Source: Terriglobia bacterium (lineage in GTDB: Bacteria > Acidobacteriota > Terriglobia > 20CM-2-55-15). Taken from it: a stretch of 64,000 nucleotides of DNA. Location of the stretch: positions 1 to 64,000 of the forward strand of contig CBDAOY010000006.1 in NCBI GenBank assembly GCA_965198225.1, read 5' to 3'. This document shows, piece by piece, positions 50,592 to 60,897 of the stretch. A program made the position numbers and the translations under genes. Position 1 is the first letter of the stretch. The number at the start of each line of letters is the position of its first letter. Below the pieces are notes generated by a model. That model was not told the DNA's origin and made no database searches. It saw nothing but the letters and a program-made list of their open reading frames with translations.

Positions 50592-50960
50592 CTACCGGAC
50601 CGACACAAGACTGTGATCGACCAGGATATCGGTTTCATCGAACACCAGGACCAGGCTGTATCTTTGTTCGCCACCCCAAGGTCGATCCCACCTGGCCGGC
50701 CTCCCCTGGAGTGATCTTCGGTGGGCGCCTACGGACTTGAAGGACTCATCCAGTCGATACGCGACAACGCGCCCGTTCTCGAACTCGGCGAACATCTCGC
50801 CGAGTTGCGCGATCACCGCCTCCCGACTGCTGTGACCATCTTCGAGGAACGAGATGGCGCTGGAGCGAACCTCCGTCGGATCTACAAGCCGCAGTTTCCG
50901 GGCGCAGCCGGTGATGTCGAGGAGTAACACGGCGCAGAGAAACAGCCGGATAGTTCGCAT
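50592..50960 (-). CDS. Lipoprotein with SmpA/BamE-like motif
   Basis: Lipobox ITGC; FLEDGHSSREAVIAQLGE; LVLVFDETDILV. Confidence 0.7.
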   Translation of the reverse strand: MRTIRLFLCAVLLLDITGCARKLRLVDPTEVRSSAISFLEDGHSSREAVIAQLGEMFAEFENGRVVAYRLDESFKSVGAHRRSLQGRPARWDRPWGGEQRYSLVLVFDETDILVDHSLVSVR

Positions 50961-50974
50961 GAGATCCTCCTCGT

Positions 50975-51823
50975 CTAGTTGCGCGGTTCGTAGACGGCAT
51001 TGGGACAGTAACGCCGCAGATACTCGACCACGGCTGGAACACGGAAGACGTCCACCGCGATGGCCAGCGAGTCGCCGAGTGGGGTTTCCTCACTGAAGCG
51101 AAGGGCGTAGACGACGTCGCGATCGGGGACGTGGATGGCCCTCATTTGAGCAGCAAGCGTTTGCCGATGACCTTCCCAATTTCCCTTGATTTCCCCGACG
51201 GGTGTTTCGTACCGCTGTCGCGAGTACCACGGAGGGAGTTCGAACCCGACGATCTTGCCGGGGTCGATACTGAAGTTGCGCTGCGAAGATGTCCGATCTT
51301 CGAATTCGAAAGTGCTTTCACCCAGCGTTATCCGGGCAACCTTGTATTCGACCTCGTCCCAGAAACTGATCGGTATCGTGAGAGGAACACGAAGTTCGAG
51401 CGTCCCCCTTGGGCTTCTCTCCGGCCACGACCTTACCTCGCCGTACCAGCTCAGTACCCCTTCTTCATCGAACTCGATCAGCAGGTACTCCGTTTGCTCT
51501 CCCGTGTACCCTCCGTCCGCGAGCCCCATGACCGGGGCGGAATATGCGGCGCCCCCTACGGCGGCGAAGCCCCATCCTTGGATAGTCATCCATCGATAGA
51601 GCAGGTATCGCTCATCCTCCGACACGGAGTCTGGTTCGCCCAGTTTGAGCAGAACGGCTGGGCGGCTCGTCGTGCCAAGCTCAATGAACGCGAGCGCCTT
51701 GTCGTCGATGATTCGGCGGCTCTGGTAATTGCCCGGGACGAATCGCTGGGTCGGCATCCAGAAGAGACAACCCGAACAGGCAAGGCATAGAATCTCGATC
51801 GTTAGAAGTCTTACCGGTCCCAT
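50975..51823 (-). CDS. Lipoprotein with SmpA/BamE-like domain and PH-like C-terminal part
   Basis: Lipobox CSGC; IELGTTSRPAVLLKLGEPD; LLIEFDEEGVL. Confidence 0.7.
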   Translation of the reverse strand: MGPVRLLTIEILCLACSGCLFWMPTQRFVPGNYQSRRIIDDKALAFIELGTTSRPAVLLKLGEPDSVSEDERYLLYRWMTIQGWGFAAVGGAAYSAPVMGLADGGYTGEQTEYLLIEFDEEGVLSWYGEVRSWPERSPRGTLELRVPLTIPISFWDEVEYKVARITLGESTFEFEDRTSSQRNFSIDPGKIVGFELPPWYSRQRYETPVGEIKGNWEGHRQTLAAQMRAIHVPDRDVVYALRFSEETPLGDSLAIAVDVFRVPAVVEYLRRYCPNAVYEPRN

Positions 51824-52608
51824 GAGGGTGTCTCCTCTACCTGAGCTTCCGGACCGCGAAACTCGGGGACGTAATTGGGGCAGTTTCGCAGTATGTATCT
51901 CGCGAAGGGGTACGCGTCGAAGGCGTCCAGCCGAATACGGATGCTGTCACCGACCTCAGTTTTTTCGCTGAAGCCGAGCTCTAAGCAGAAGCCATCCGCG
52001 AGACTACCGTCATCTTCCCAACAGGATCGTAGCCTGACGATTTCTTCGGGTGAAATCTCGAAGCTGTTCGCGGGACCTCTTAACTCGACAGAATTCTTGC
52101 TCAGTATGAGAGTGGCCTCCTGATCCGAAGTTGTCTCATATTCGAGAACGACCGGTATCTCTAGCGGTCTCGATAAGAACAATTCCCTCTCGCATTCGTA
52201 TAGAACACGGTAGCGTTTGACGATGTCTTGTTCGTCAAACTCAATGACCGGGCCGTAGCTGCCCATATCCGCTCCCCCTTCCCACCAGGACCCGTCGGCG
52301 CAGTACCAGCTGTAGTGCAGGTAACGTTCCGTGCCTAGCGCCGAAGTTGGCTTGCCCAGCCTCGACACAACCTCCTCTCGGGTCGTTGAGCCGACTGTCA
52401 GGTACTCGTCCATCAAGCCCTTCCTGATGCTGTTCAACCCACCTTTCCTGAGGATCTCTATCGGAACGATCCGGTGTTCGGGTGGTGGGAAACAACCGGT
52501 CACCAACAGCGACAAAAGGACGCATGAGACGATTCCGAACTTTGTCCCGTTGGGAGTCGGACGGCGGAAGAGGCTCAGTTGAATTGTCGAAGGCTGCAGC
52601 GCTTTCAT
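51811..52608 (-). CDS. Lipoprotein with SmpA/BamE-like domain, paralogous to 50975..51823
   Basis: Lipobox VTGC; LTVGSTTREEVVSRLGKP; IEFDEQDIVK; shared FSE(K/E)TxxGDS and RxCPN motifs. Confidence 0.7.
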   Translation of the reverse strand: MKALQPSTIQLSLFRRPTPNGTKFGIVSCVLLSLLVTGCFPPPEHRIVPIEILRKGGLNSIRKGLMDEYLTVGSTTREEVVSRLGKPTSALGTERYLHYSWYCADGSWWEGGADMGSYGPVIEFDEQDIVKRYRVLYECERELFLSRPLEIPVVLEYETTSDQEATLILSKNSVELRGPANSFEISPEEIVRLRSCWEDDGSLADGFCLELGFSEKTEVGDSIRIRLDAFDAYPFARYILRNCPNYVPEFRGPEAQVEETPSWDR

Positions 52609-52633
52609 TGGATCTCTCCGCCTTTCTGTTAGG

Positions 52634-53545
52634 TCACGCCGGCGTGAGTTCAGGACCGTTGTTCGACACACAAATGCACTCTCCCTGGGCCAACGGAACT
52701 TGACCGAGTCCGTTGCCGGCCAGGAACCGCGCGTGGAGCTCGTCATGTGAGATCAATTCATCGAGGTGGAAACCGCATTCGGCCAGGGACTCCATTAGTG
52801 CGTGTCGGGAAGAGCCCCAGAGGAAAGGTTCCTTCTTGAGTCGAAGCCACGCATCCACCGCCCTGCTCGAGTTGTGAAAACGCATCCGGCCGTCTCGATC
52901 CAGTTCCATGAAAGTGAACACGCACCGCACCGTCGGGAACTTTTCGGTCATGGAACCGAGAATCGCTTTGACCCGAGTTTCGTCCATGTACATGAATAGT
53001 CCTTCGGCAACAAACAGTGTCGGTTCGTCCTCGACCGTAAGCCCGGAAGCAGTGAGGACGTCCAGGGATTCGGTTGAAAGGTCGACACCAACAAAGCGAA
53101 CATCCTTGCCACGATCTCGGGACCTTAGAGATTGCTTCTTCAGACGTTGGGTTGCGGGGTGATCCAACTCGATACATTTGACATCGGGAAACTCGACCGA
53201 CGTTCGCAGGGCGAGGGTGTCGAACCCGGCGCCGAGGACGACGATTTGCGAGAAACCTTCCGCGATCGACTCTCGGACAATGTCGTCGATGGCGTGTTTG
53301 CGTAACGCGTAGTGGAGCTGGATGCCGGGCAACGTGAGGCTTTCGAGGAGCGTGAGCAGATAGCGAAGTGGCTTGCGTCGACACATTCGGCGAAAGAGGC
53401 CCGCCCGCCGCATATGGTCTTCGACAAACCACCGGCTGGCGTTCGCTGACAGAGGAGGCACGAACCTTCCCAGCTCCGGGTCGAGCGACAGGAAGTAGGT
53501 GCTCTGGGCAATCAGCAGCGCGGTCGAACTGGATTCGTTTGTCAT
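52634..53545 (-). CDS. SAM-dependent methyltransferase, leucine carboxyl methyltransferase-like
   Basis: QIVVLGAGFDTLALR, ELDHPATQRLK, FVAEGLFMYM. Confidence 0.88.
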   Translation of the reverse strand: MTNESSSTALLIAQSTYFLSLDPELGRFVPPLSANASRWFVEDHMRRAGLFRRMCRRKPLRYLLTLLESLTLPGIQLHYALRKHAIDDIVRESIAEGFSQIVVLGAGFDTLALRTSVEFPDVKCIELDHPATQRLKKQSLRSRDRGKDVRFVGVDLSTESLDVLTASGLTVEDEPTLFVAEGLFMYMDETRVKAILGSMTEKFPTVRCVFTFMELDRDGRMRFHNSSRAVDAWLRLKKEPFLWGSSRHALMESLAECGFHLDELISHDELHARFLAGNGLGQVPLAQGECICVSNNGPELTPA

Positions 53546-53561
53546 CGTTCGTCTTCGAAAG

Positions 53562-54980
53562 TTATCGTCCCTCTTCGAACATCCGTTGGTGATGGGCGTA
53601 CCAATCGCTCTGGAACCTGTCATCGGGATCGTGACGCGCCTTCAGGTTGAGAAACTCCCGAAACTGCGGATAGCAGCGCTCGACTTGATCGCGCCGCGCA
53701 TACTTGTGATAGGTCAGGTAGTAGCTCCCGCCCCGAACTGCCGCCAGGTCGATCAAACTCCGAAACGCACCTGCCGAGCGTTGTATTCCTTCGCTCGTAT
53801 GGGTGGTGTGCAAGTTGAAAATGACGCAGGCGTAGGATTGTTTCGCCCATGCCAGGTAGCTCTCATCGTCGCGCTCGATCAGCCGGATGGTTCCGTAGAT
53901 CAGATCCACGTTTCCGTCGCGAAACCCCCTCCGTACCTCGCCGAGGAACGCGGAGAGCTCCCGCCGCGGTACGTAGACTTCCGTGATGATCTCGGTAGCT
54001 GGGTGGACCGCCTGAACCCGTGAATCGAGCGACCGATGATAGTCGTCGACATAGACGCTCAACTGATGAGTGTCCGACCAGTACACCTGCCCGGAGGTCG
54101 CCAGGTAGAAGTCCGCATAGCGGCGAAACGCCTCCTCCTTGTCGGTGTGGGCGAGATAGACAAGATTCCGCCAGTCCGCTTCCGACAGGGCCATTCGGTC
54201 CTCGGGCACTTCGGTCATGGGATGCACGGGTTCGTAGCAGGAAAAGATGCCCTTCCGGAGGAAGTCCTCGGAATCCGGATTGATCGCGAACTGGAAGTCC
54301 CCGTAGAGGAACCCGTCGTCGATGCGCTCTTCGAAACGTTCGATCAGGGTTTCGACATCGATCACCTGAACGACACGTCGCAGCTTGCGGCGGGGCGCCA
54401 GGCGCAGCGTGACCGAGTAGACGATGCCGAACAAACCGTAGCCGCCGATCACCAGGCGAAAGAGGTCGTTATTCTCCCGTCGGCTGCATGAACGTATCTG
54501 TCCCGCGGAATCGACGATCGTAAAAGACTCCACGTCCTGGATGATTGGTCTGAGCGCCAGTCCCCGGCCGTGGACGTTCGCCGCTATCGCTCCTCCGAGA
54601 CTCAGGCGATCCGCTCCGGTCTGTTTCTGGACGATGCCCCATTGTTGGGATTCACCTTCCTGAATTCTGAGCAGGTAGGAGATCAACTCGGGCCACTGGA
54701 TGCCGGCCTCGCACTCGACCAATCCTCTTTGCGCATCGAAGCTCAGGACGCGGCTCAAACGCGACGTGTCGATGAGCGTCGCGTTCTGCCGGTACTGCTG
54801 GCCTCCCATGGCGTGTCGGCCTCCGGCGACGCAAATCGCGCTTCCGCTGTTTCGAGCGTGTCGGATGACGTCCAGTATCGATTCGACCGTCTCGACCTGC
54901 TCGATGCCGCGGACTTCGGCCGGGTTGAGCCGCGAGTGGATGTCGTTTACCAGATGGCCGATTGCTTTCAATGTGTTCAA
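53562..54980 (-). CDS. FAD-binding oxidoreductase (VAO/aldonolactone oxidase/DprE1-like); start uncertain
   Basis: AGGRHAMGGQQ, SLGGAIAANVHG, LFRLVIGGYGLFG, GGSYYLTY, DPDDRFQSDW. Confidence 0.88.
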   Translation of the reverse strand: MNTLKAIGHLVNDIHSRLNPAEVRGIEQVETVESILDVIRHARNSGSAICVAGGRHAMGGQQYRQNATLIDTSRLSRVLSFDAQRGLVECEAGIQWPELISYLLRIQEGESQQWGIVQKQTGADRLSLGGAIAANVHGRGLALRPIIQDVESFTIVDSAGQIRSCSRRENNDLFRLVIGGYGLFGIVYSVTLRLAPRRKLRRVVQVIDVETLIERFEERIDDGFLYGDFQFAINPDSEDFLRKGIFSCYEPVHPMTEVPEDRMALSEADWRNLVYLAHTDKEEAFRRYADFYLATSGQVYWSDTHQLSVYVDDYHRSLDSRVQAVHPATEIITEVYVPRRELSAFLGEVRRGFRDGNVDLIYGTIRLIERDDESYLAWAKQSYACVIFNLHTTHTSEGIQRSAGAFRSLIDLAAVRGGSYYLTYHKYARRDQVERCYPQFREFLNLKARHDPDDRFQSDWYAHHQRMFEEGR

Positions 54981-56785
54981 TCTCCAAGGAAATTCACGAG
55001 CCCCAGCGTCAGACTCGGGACGTATGTAATGATCAGCACCGCCACGATGAGTATCGCGACATAGGGCAGCGTCGAACGGTAGATCCGTCCGAGCGGCTGT
55101 TCGAAGCGCATCGACGAGAGGAACAGGTTCTCTCCCATCGGCGGCATTAAGTAGCCGAGTTCCATGTTGGCGAGGAAGATGATCCCCAGATGGATGGGGT
55201 CGATCCCGTAGGCCAGACCCATCGGCACGATCAGAGGCACAACGACGAAGATCGCCGAATAGATATCCATCAGCGCTCCGACGATCACCAGGAAGATGTT
55301 CAACACCAGGAGGAACACGAGCGGCGAGCTGATCTGCGCCTGCACCCATTCCAGCGCGCGAGTGGGTATCTCGGCGTCGATCAGGTAGTTGTTGAAGCCG
55401 AGTGCGACGCCCAGGATGATGAAGAAACCGCCGACCAGTGTCGCGCACTCCACGGCGATCCGCCCCAGGTCACGCCGAAACCCGAGGTCCCGGTAGATGA
55501 AACATTCCACCGTAAGCGCGTAGAGCACCGTCAATGCCGAGGTCTCGACCAGCGTCGCGAAGCCGCCGAAGATCGCGACGAGGACGACGACAGGAAGGAA
55601 GAGTTCCCATTTGGATTCCCAGACCGCCTTCACGGCTTCGCCGGCACGGAACGGCGTTCGTTCGGCTCCGGCCCACCAACCCCGGCCCGCGCCCCAGCCG
55701 GCGACCATGAGGATCAAGAGCATGCCCGGCGCCAGGCCGCCGATGAACAACTTGTCGATGCGAACGTTGGCGTAGATCCCGTAGAGGATGACCGGCAGGC
55801 TGGGCGGCAGGAGCAGTCCGATAGATCCGGAGACCGTCACCAGACCGACGGAAGTGTCTTCGGGATAACGCGCCTTGGTCATCACCGGCAGCAGCAGTCC
55901 ACCCATTGAAAGGATGGTCACTCCGGATGCACCGGTCAGTGGGGTGAAGAAGGCCAGGATCAGCGTCGTCACGATCGCCAGGCCGCCGGGCATCCAGCCG
56001 AACAGAGCAGTAAAGGCCCGAAGCAGCCGCCGGCTCGCTCCACCCTCGGCGAGGATGTACCCGCCGAGAGTGAAGAGAGGGACCGCCGGCAGATACGCCG
56101 AAGCGCTCAGCCGGTAGCTTTCGCCAGGGACGGCGGAAACTGGAACGCCTTCGTTCCAGAACAGCAATAGAGCGGCGCCGCCCAGGGCCGCGAAGATCGG
56201 CAGACCCAGGGCGGTTGCCACGAGGATGATCAGGATGGCCGGAAGAACGAGACCGCTTCCCTGCAGAGAAGGGCTCAACCCGAAGACGAGGGGAACGAGC
56301 ATCCCGCCGGCGGCGAGCAGACGTCCCCTCCAGCCCTCGGATGCATGCCATATCAGCCGACCCGCGACCAGGGCGAAACCGACCGGCATGACCGTGATCG
56401 CGACCCAGACGGGGATTCCCAGTGCCACCTGGTCACCGAATTCCCGTTCGACCCGCACCATGTCGGCACTCGCGACCAGGAGCCATGCAGCAACTCCCGT
56501 TCCGACTGCGGAAGTAAAAACGCGCACCGGTCCCGACCATCGCGCGGGCAGGAAATCGGCGGTGGACAACGCCAGCAACGTGTTGGAACGCGCTGCCAGG
56601 GCCGCCCCCAGGAAGGCGATCCAGAGCGTCAGGTGCTGGACGAGTGGGATCGAACCGGGAATGCCGCGCCCGATCACCTGGCGGCCAGCGATCTCCAGCA
56701 GTGGAAGCAGGGACATCGCAGCCAGGACGGTGATCGAGAACGCATTCTCGAACGGTTCGAGTTTTCGCCACGTCGCAGCAGTCAT
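54977..56785 (-). CDS. TRAP transporter fused small/large permease (DctQM)
   Basis: Many TM helices; LPAVPLFTLGG, GSIGLLLPPS, GIDPIHLG, LMPPMGENLF. Confidence 0.93.
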   Translation of the reverse strand: MTAATWRKLEPFENAFSITVLAAMSLLPLLEIAGRQVIGRGIPGSIPLVQHLTLWIAFLGAALAARSNTLLALSTADFLPARWSGPVRVFTSAVGTGVAAWLLVASADMVRVEREFGDQVALGIPVWVAITVMPVGFALVAGRLIWHASEGWRGRLLAAGGMLVPLVFGLSPSLQGSGLVLPAILIILVATALGLPIFAALGGAALLLFWNEGVPVSAVPGESYRLSASAYLPAVPLFTLGGYILAEGGASRRLLRAFTALFGWMPGGLAIVTTLILAFFTPLTGASGVTILSMGGLLLPVMTKARYPEDTSVGLVTVSGSIGLLLPPSLPVILYGIYANVRIDKLFIGGLAPGMLLILMVAGWGAGRGWWAGAERTPFRAGEAVKAVWESKWELFLPVVVLVAIFGGFATLVETSALTVLYALTVECFIYRDLGFRRDLGRIAVECATLVGGFFIILGVALGFNNYLIDAEIPTRALEWVQAQISSPLVFLLVLNIFLVIVGALMDIYSAIFVVVPLIVPMGLAYGIDPIHLGIIFLANMELGYLMPPMGENLFLSSMRFEQPLGRIYRSTLPYVAILIVAVLIITYVPSLTLGLVNFLGD

Positions 56786-56801
56786 CTTTGCCTCTCGGGA
56801 G

Positions 56802-57251
56802 GTGTAGGTGCGGTCTATGACCGCACGTTGTTCCGGCTCGAAGGGTGTGCGCTCATAGAGCGCCCCTACACCCGATCTCGAGGTTTCCTCAGGCCGGTGT
56901 AGGTGCGGTCTATGACCGCACGTCGTTCCGGCTCGAGGGATGTGCGCTCACAGAGCGCCCCTACACCCGATCACGAGGTTTCCTCAGGCCGGTGTAGGTG
57001 CGGTCTATGACCGCAAGTTGTTCCGGCTCGAAGGGTGTGCGCTCACAGAGCGCCCCTACACCCGATCACGAGGTTTCCTCAGGCCGGTGTAGGTGCGGTC
57101 TATGACCGCACATTGTTCCGGCTCGAGGGATGTGCGCTCATAGAGCGCCCCTACATCCGATCACGAGGTTTCCTCAGGCCGGTGTAGGTGCGGTCTATGA
57201 CCGCACGTTGTCCCGGTTCGAGGGGTGTGGGCTCATAGAACGCCCCTACAC
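56802..57251. repeat. Five tandem REPIN units with 95-bp period (BIME-like)
   Basis: Units start at 56802, 56897, 56992, 57087 and 57182; internal spacers and 25-nt linkers are near-identical. Confidence 0.95.
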
Positions 57252-57261
57252 CCGGGCCCGG

Positions 57262-58317
57262 CTACGGTTCGTTTTTTGATCCACCGGCGCCGTCGGTCGA
57301 TTTCTGCTTGCTTCGGTATTCGTCGCGCAGGCGGAGGACTTCGTCGAAGAGTTCCGCGGGAACAAGTCGACCCCTGAGCTTGGGATAAGCGGCTTCCGCC
57401 TCCGCACGCCACTCGTTGCGGGCCGCTTCGTCGAGCTCAGTCACCTTGAGGCCGTACATCTGCATTGCAACGACTGACTCGTCACCGAGCCGACGGATGT
57501 CTTCGCGCAGCTTCTCGCCCGCCTTGCGTGCCGAGGCGAGAAGTTTCGGCCTCAAGGCCGCGGGGATCCGCTCCCAGGCGTCCTTGTGGACTATGGTTGC
57601 GCCGACGAGGGCGGCCCATTTGACGTCGATCATGTTTTTCGCGAATGGAAACGACTGGTTAGACAGAGCAAACAGCGGCGGCACGTCGAAGGCGTCGATC
57701 AAACCTGTTTGAAGAGCCGCAACCATGTCGGTGACAGGCATCGGGACCGGATGGAACCCGAATTCCCGGTAAAGCTTCTCGGTCTCGGGGTCGCCCGCCG
57801 AGATGAAGAGTTTCATCTTCCGGATGTCGTCGAGCGTCCGGGCCGGCTTCTCCGTGAAGAAGTGAACCCATCCGACGTCGCCCCAGTTCAGGACCGTGAA
57901 ACCCTTGTCTTCGAGCTTGGCTTCGAGCTTCGGCGCCATGCGTTCCCGCACGTAATCCAGCTCCGCGTACGAAGAGATCATCATCGGCACCTGCAGGCAG
58001 GACACACCGGGTTCGGCATGGGACAGGCCGGCTCCGGAAAGTGCGACCGCCTGCAACTGGCCCAGGCGCACCTTTCGAAGCATGGCGACTTCGTCTCCCA
58101 TGTTCCCGCCGGGGTAGATCGTGACTTTCACCGTTCCGCCGGAGATCTCTTTCCAGTCCTGGGCCATTTCCTGCAGGACCTGGTGCCAGAGCGTGTCCTT
58201 CGGCGCTACAGTTCCCAGCTTGATCTTGACGACACTCTGGGAGTAGGCGGGTGGAGCGATCCCCAGCAGGATCAAACCGAGAATCAACCCCCCGAGAATT
58301 GTCGATGTCTTCTTCAC
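57262..58317 (-). CDS. TRAP substrate-binding protein, DctP/TatP type
   Basis: IKLGTVAPKDTLW, IYPGGNMGDE, WGDVGWVHFF, ALQTGLIDA. Confidence 0.93.
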   Translation of the reverse strand: MKKTSTILGGLILGLILLGIAPPAYSQSVVKIKLGTVAPKDTLWHQVLQEMAQDWKEISGGTVKVTIYPGGNMGDEVAMLRKVRLGQLQAVALSGAGLSHAEPGVSCLQVPMMISSYAELDYVRERMAPKLEAKLEDKGFTVLNWGDVGWVHFFTEKPARTLDDIRKMKLFISAGDPETEKLYREFGFHPVPMPVTDMVAALQTGLIDAFDVPPLFALSNQSFPFAKNMIDVKWAALVGATIVHKDAWERIPAALRPKLLASARKAGEKLREDIRRLGDESVVAMQMYGLKVTELDEAARNEWRAEAEAAYPKLRGRLVPAELFDEVLRLRDEYRSKQKSTDGAGGSKNEP

Positions 58318-59258
58318 GACACACCTCCTTCTGTCGATTGAGCTTCCGTTTCGAGAATCAGGTCCTCGATGTGAGCCAGCAAGTACCTGGCCCGTTCTTG
58401 AGCGATCAGGTTCGCCAGCCGGATTCGCTCCGTCTCATCCGGGTCGATGGCCAGCGCCCGGTCCAGCATTGCGCGGAACTGTTTGCTGTCCTGTTTGGGA
58501 ACGCACACCGCTTCGGCGTAGGCCACATAGAGGGCGGCATGCGTCCCGTCCGACAGATCGAGCGCGCGCTCGAAGTGTCTTCGGATTTTTTCGTAGTCCA
58601 CGGCTCCCGGTCTCGCGCTGGCGAAGACGACCTGAAACTCGTGAAGAAGGCCGTCCTGCCAGCCTTCATCCAGTTGAATGGCGCGATCCAGGAGCGCCTC
58701 CACCTCCGGCAGCCGCGCAAGCATTGACGCGTCGTTCCGTCCGACAGAGATCGCCGAGCCCAGAGCCGCAGCGGTCCAGTAGATGAGGGGGAGGTCCTTC
58801 TTCTCCAGCACTGCCACCGCCGTCTCGGGTGCAGTCCGGAGTGGCTCGGCGATACCGGGATGGGACACCTCCAGGCCACGCAGGCCATACCGGTGGGCTC
58901 TGAGGTAGAGCCTGCGGGCCCGGAGGCGGATCTGTCGGGCCGCGTCGAGATCCTCGTCGGCGATCAAGTCAGCGTCACGCTGGACGAAGACGTAGGCATA
59001 GGTCGTGAACCCCTGGGCCGCGGCCGTCAGCAACCCCTTGTGTTCGGGAGACTCAGCCAGGAGGCTTTCGATGAGTTTCAAACCAAAAGGCAGCGCTTCA
59101 CCCACGAGTTGGATGTCGTCGTCGCTTTCATACGTCGACCCCCCTTCGGCCAGCGCGTCGCCAATCTTGTTGATGGCGTAACGGCGGATCGAACATCCCG
59201 TGGTCGATAAGGCCAGCAGCAAAACCAACGGCAGCAAGAGCGTTTGTTTTCGAACCAT
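58314..59258 (-). CDS. TRAP-associated TPR lipoprotein TatT
   Basis: Lipobox TTGC; DDIQLVGEALPFGLKLIESLLAESPEH; HFERALDLSDG; NLIAQERARYLL. Confidence 0.88.
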   Translation of the reverse strand: MVRKQTLLLPLVLLLALSTTGCSIRRYAINKIGDALAEGGSTYESDDDIQLVGEALPFGLKLIESLLAESPEHKGLLTAAAQGFTTYAYVFVQRDADLIADEDLDAARQIRLRARRLYLRAHRYGLRGLEVSHPGIAEPLRTAPETAVAVLEKKDLPLIYWTAAALGSAISVGRNDASMLARLPEVEALLDRAIQLDEGWQDGLLHEFQVVFASARPGAVDYEKIRRHFERALDLSDGTHAALYVAYAEAVCVPKQDSKQFRAMLDRALAIDPDETERIRLANLIAQERARYLLAHIEDLILETEAQSTEGGVS

Positions 59259-59310
59259 CCTGCACCTCGTCCTTATCTTGATGTTTGAAAGGGTTGTGGC
59301 AAGCGCGTCG

Positions 59311-59393
59311 CTTGAGATAAAAAGTCTTGCCAGTCATCCGGCAGCGCGGGGACGGATCACGTAAGACATTGATTAGACTTGAGATAAAAAGTC
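59311..59393. promoter_or_regulatory. Two copies of CTTGAGATAAAAAGTC in the divergent intergenic region
   Basis: Copies at 59311-59326 and 59378-59393; the second forms GACTT-N8-AAGTC. Confidence 0.55.
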
Positions 59394-60083
59394 GTCGGGA
59401 GGGTGTGTGAGCTCGGGCGCGAGCCGCCCGGCTTCGAGCAATCTATCCGATTGGATAGTCCGGCTAACGGTTCGTGTACTATGTCGTCTGCAAAACAGGC
59501 GCCAACCCCCGGTGCCAGGGCTTTCGTTATGACACCCAAACTCGTCGCAGTTGCCGGCTTGCTGAAAGGTCAGGAGTTCCGTCTAGGAAGCTCTCTGACG
59601 ATCGGGCGAGACGCCTCTAACGGACTGGCGATCGCCGATCCTTTACTCTCTCAACGACATTGCACGATCGAGGGCGACGGGGACGGGTTCCGGATCAAAG
59701 ATTCGGGGAGCCTGAACGGCACCTTCGTCAATGGAAACCGCGTCGAAGAATCCCGGCTGGAACAAGGCGATCGAATCAAGGCAGGCGGCACCCACCTGAT
59801 CCTTCTCGCCCACGATGATGATTCCAGCGCCCGGATCGAGATCGAAGAAGTGGATCTGACAGGTCAGGAAACGATCCAGGTTCAGTATGGCGAGACCCGC
59901 TATCAGCAAAGCGATCGGCCGCCCAGCGAGCTTGCTCCGATTGCCCGAGTCGCGTCCGATCTCGACACGCTGCTTCGGGTGGGCAGCTCGATCAACTCGG
60001 TTCGTAACCCCGAAGCCCTCCAGCGGGTGCTGCTGGAGCTTGTGTTTGAATCCATACCGGCCGAGAGCGGCGCAATCCTTCTA

Positions 60084-60897
60084 GGGCGTGTTAACACTAA
60101 TGAGCATGAATGTTTTATAATCACGCATGGAGATCACACAGGAGCAGTATTGTCGCATCGAGCCGGAACTGCCGCGTCAGCGGGGCAACGTCAGTCTTTC
60201 GAACCTGACGGTCTTGAACGCCATTTTGTATGTGGCTGAGCAGGGCTGCAAGTGGCGCGGTCTGCCCAAGCGCTTTGGCAACTGGCACACCATCTACACC
60301 CGGATGAACCGCTGGTCCAAGAACGGCGTGCTCGACGCCGTCTTCGAGAAACTCCAGCGCGAGCAACTGGTCCGCATCCGGGTCGAAGCCGTTTCGATGG
60401 ACTCAACCATTGTGAAGGTGCATCCCGACGGCACGGGAGCGTTAAAAAAAACGGTCCGCAAGCGATCGGCAAATCCCGCGGCGGATGGACCACCAAGATT
60501 CATCTGGTTGCCGCGAATGCTCGAACGGCGATAACGTTTGCGCTCTCGCCCGGCCAAGCGCACGACGCCCCGCAGGGCCGCGATCTGCTCGCCGGCCTGG
60601 GGCCATTGCCCGCGCCGCTGCCGCTGCTGATGGACCGTGCCTACCAGGACGACCAGACCCGCCAATTGGCTCTGGATTTTGGGTGGATTCCCGTCGTGCC
60701 GCCCAAGCGCAACCGCCTGGAGCCGTGGGAATACGACCGCGTGCTCTACCGCCGCAGGAACGAAGTCGAGAGGCTCTTCCGCCGACTCAAGGGTTTCCGG
60801 CGTATCTTCTCCCGTTTCGATAAACTCGACGTCATGTTCCTCGCCTTCCTTCACTTCGCGCTCATCGTCGAGGCACTACGTTAGTGTTAACACGCCC
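60084..60897 (+). mobile_element. IS5-family element (IS427-like, 814 bp)
   Basis: IRs GGGCGTGTTAACACTAA and TTAGTGTTAACACGCCC; TA duplication within a CTAG target. Confidence 0.95.
60127..60884 (+). CDS. IS5 transposase in two ORFs joined by a probable programmed -1 frameshift
   Basis: GCKWRGLPKRFGNW, MDST, A-run at about 60444-60451, IGKSRGGWTTKIH, MDRAY, YRRRNEVERLFRRLK. Confidence 0.92.

Noticed and set aside
56802-57251. CRISPR array
   Set aside because: Spacers are near-identical, the unit is the dispersed REP doublet, and there are no cas genes in the window.
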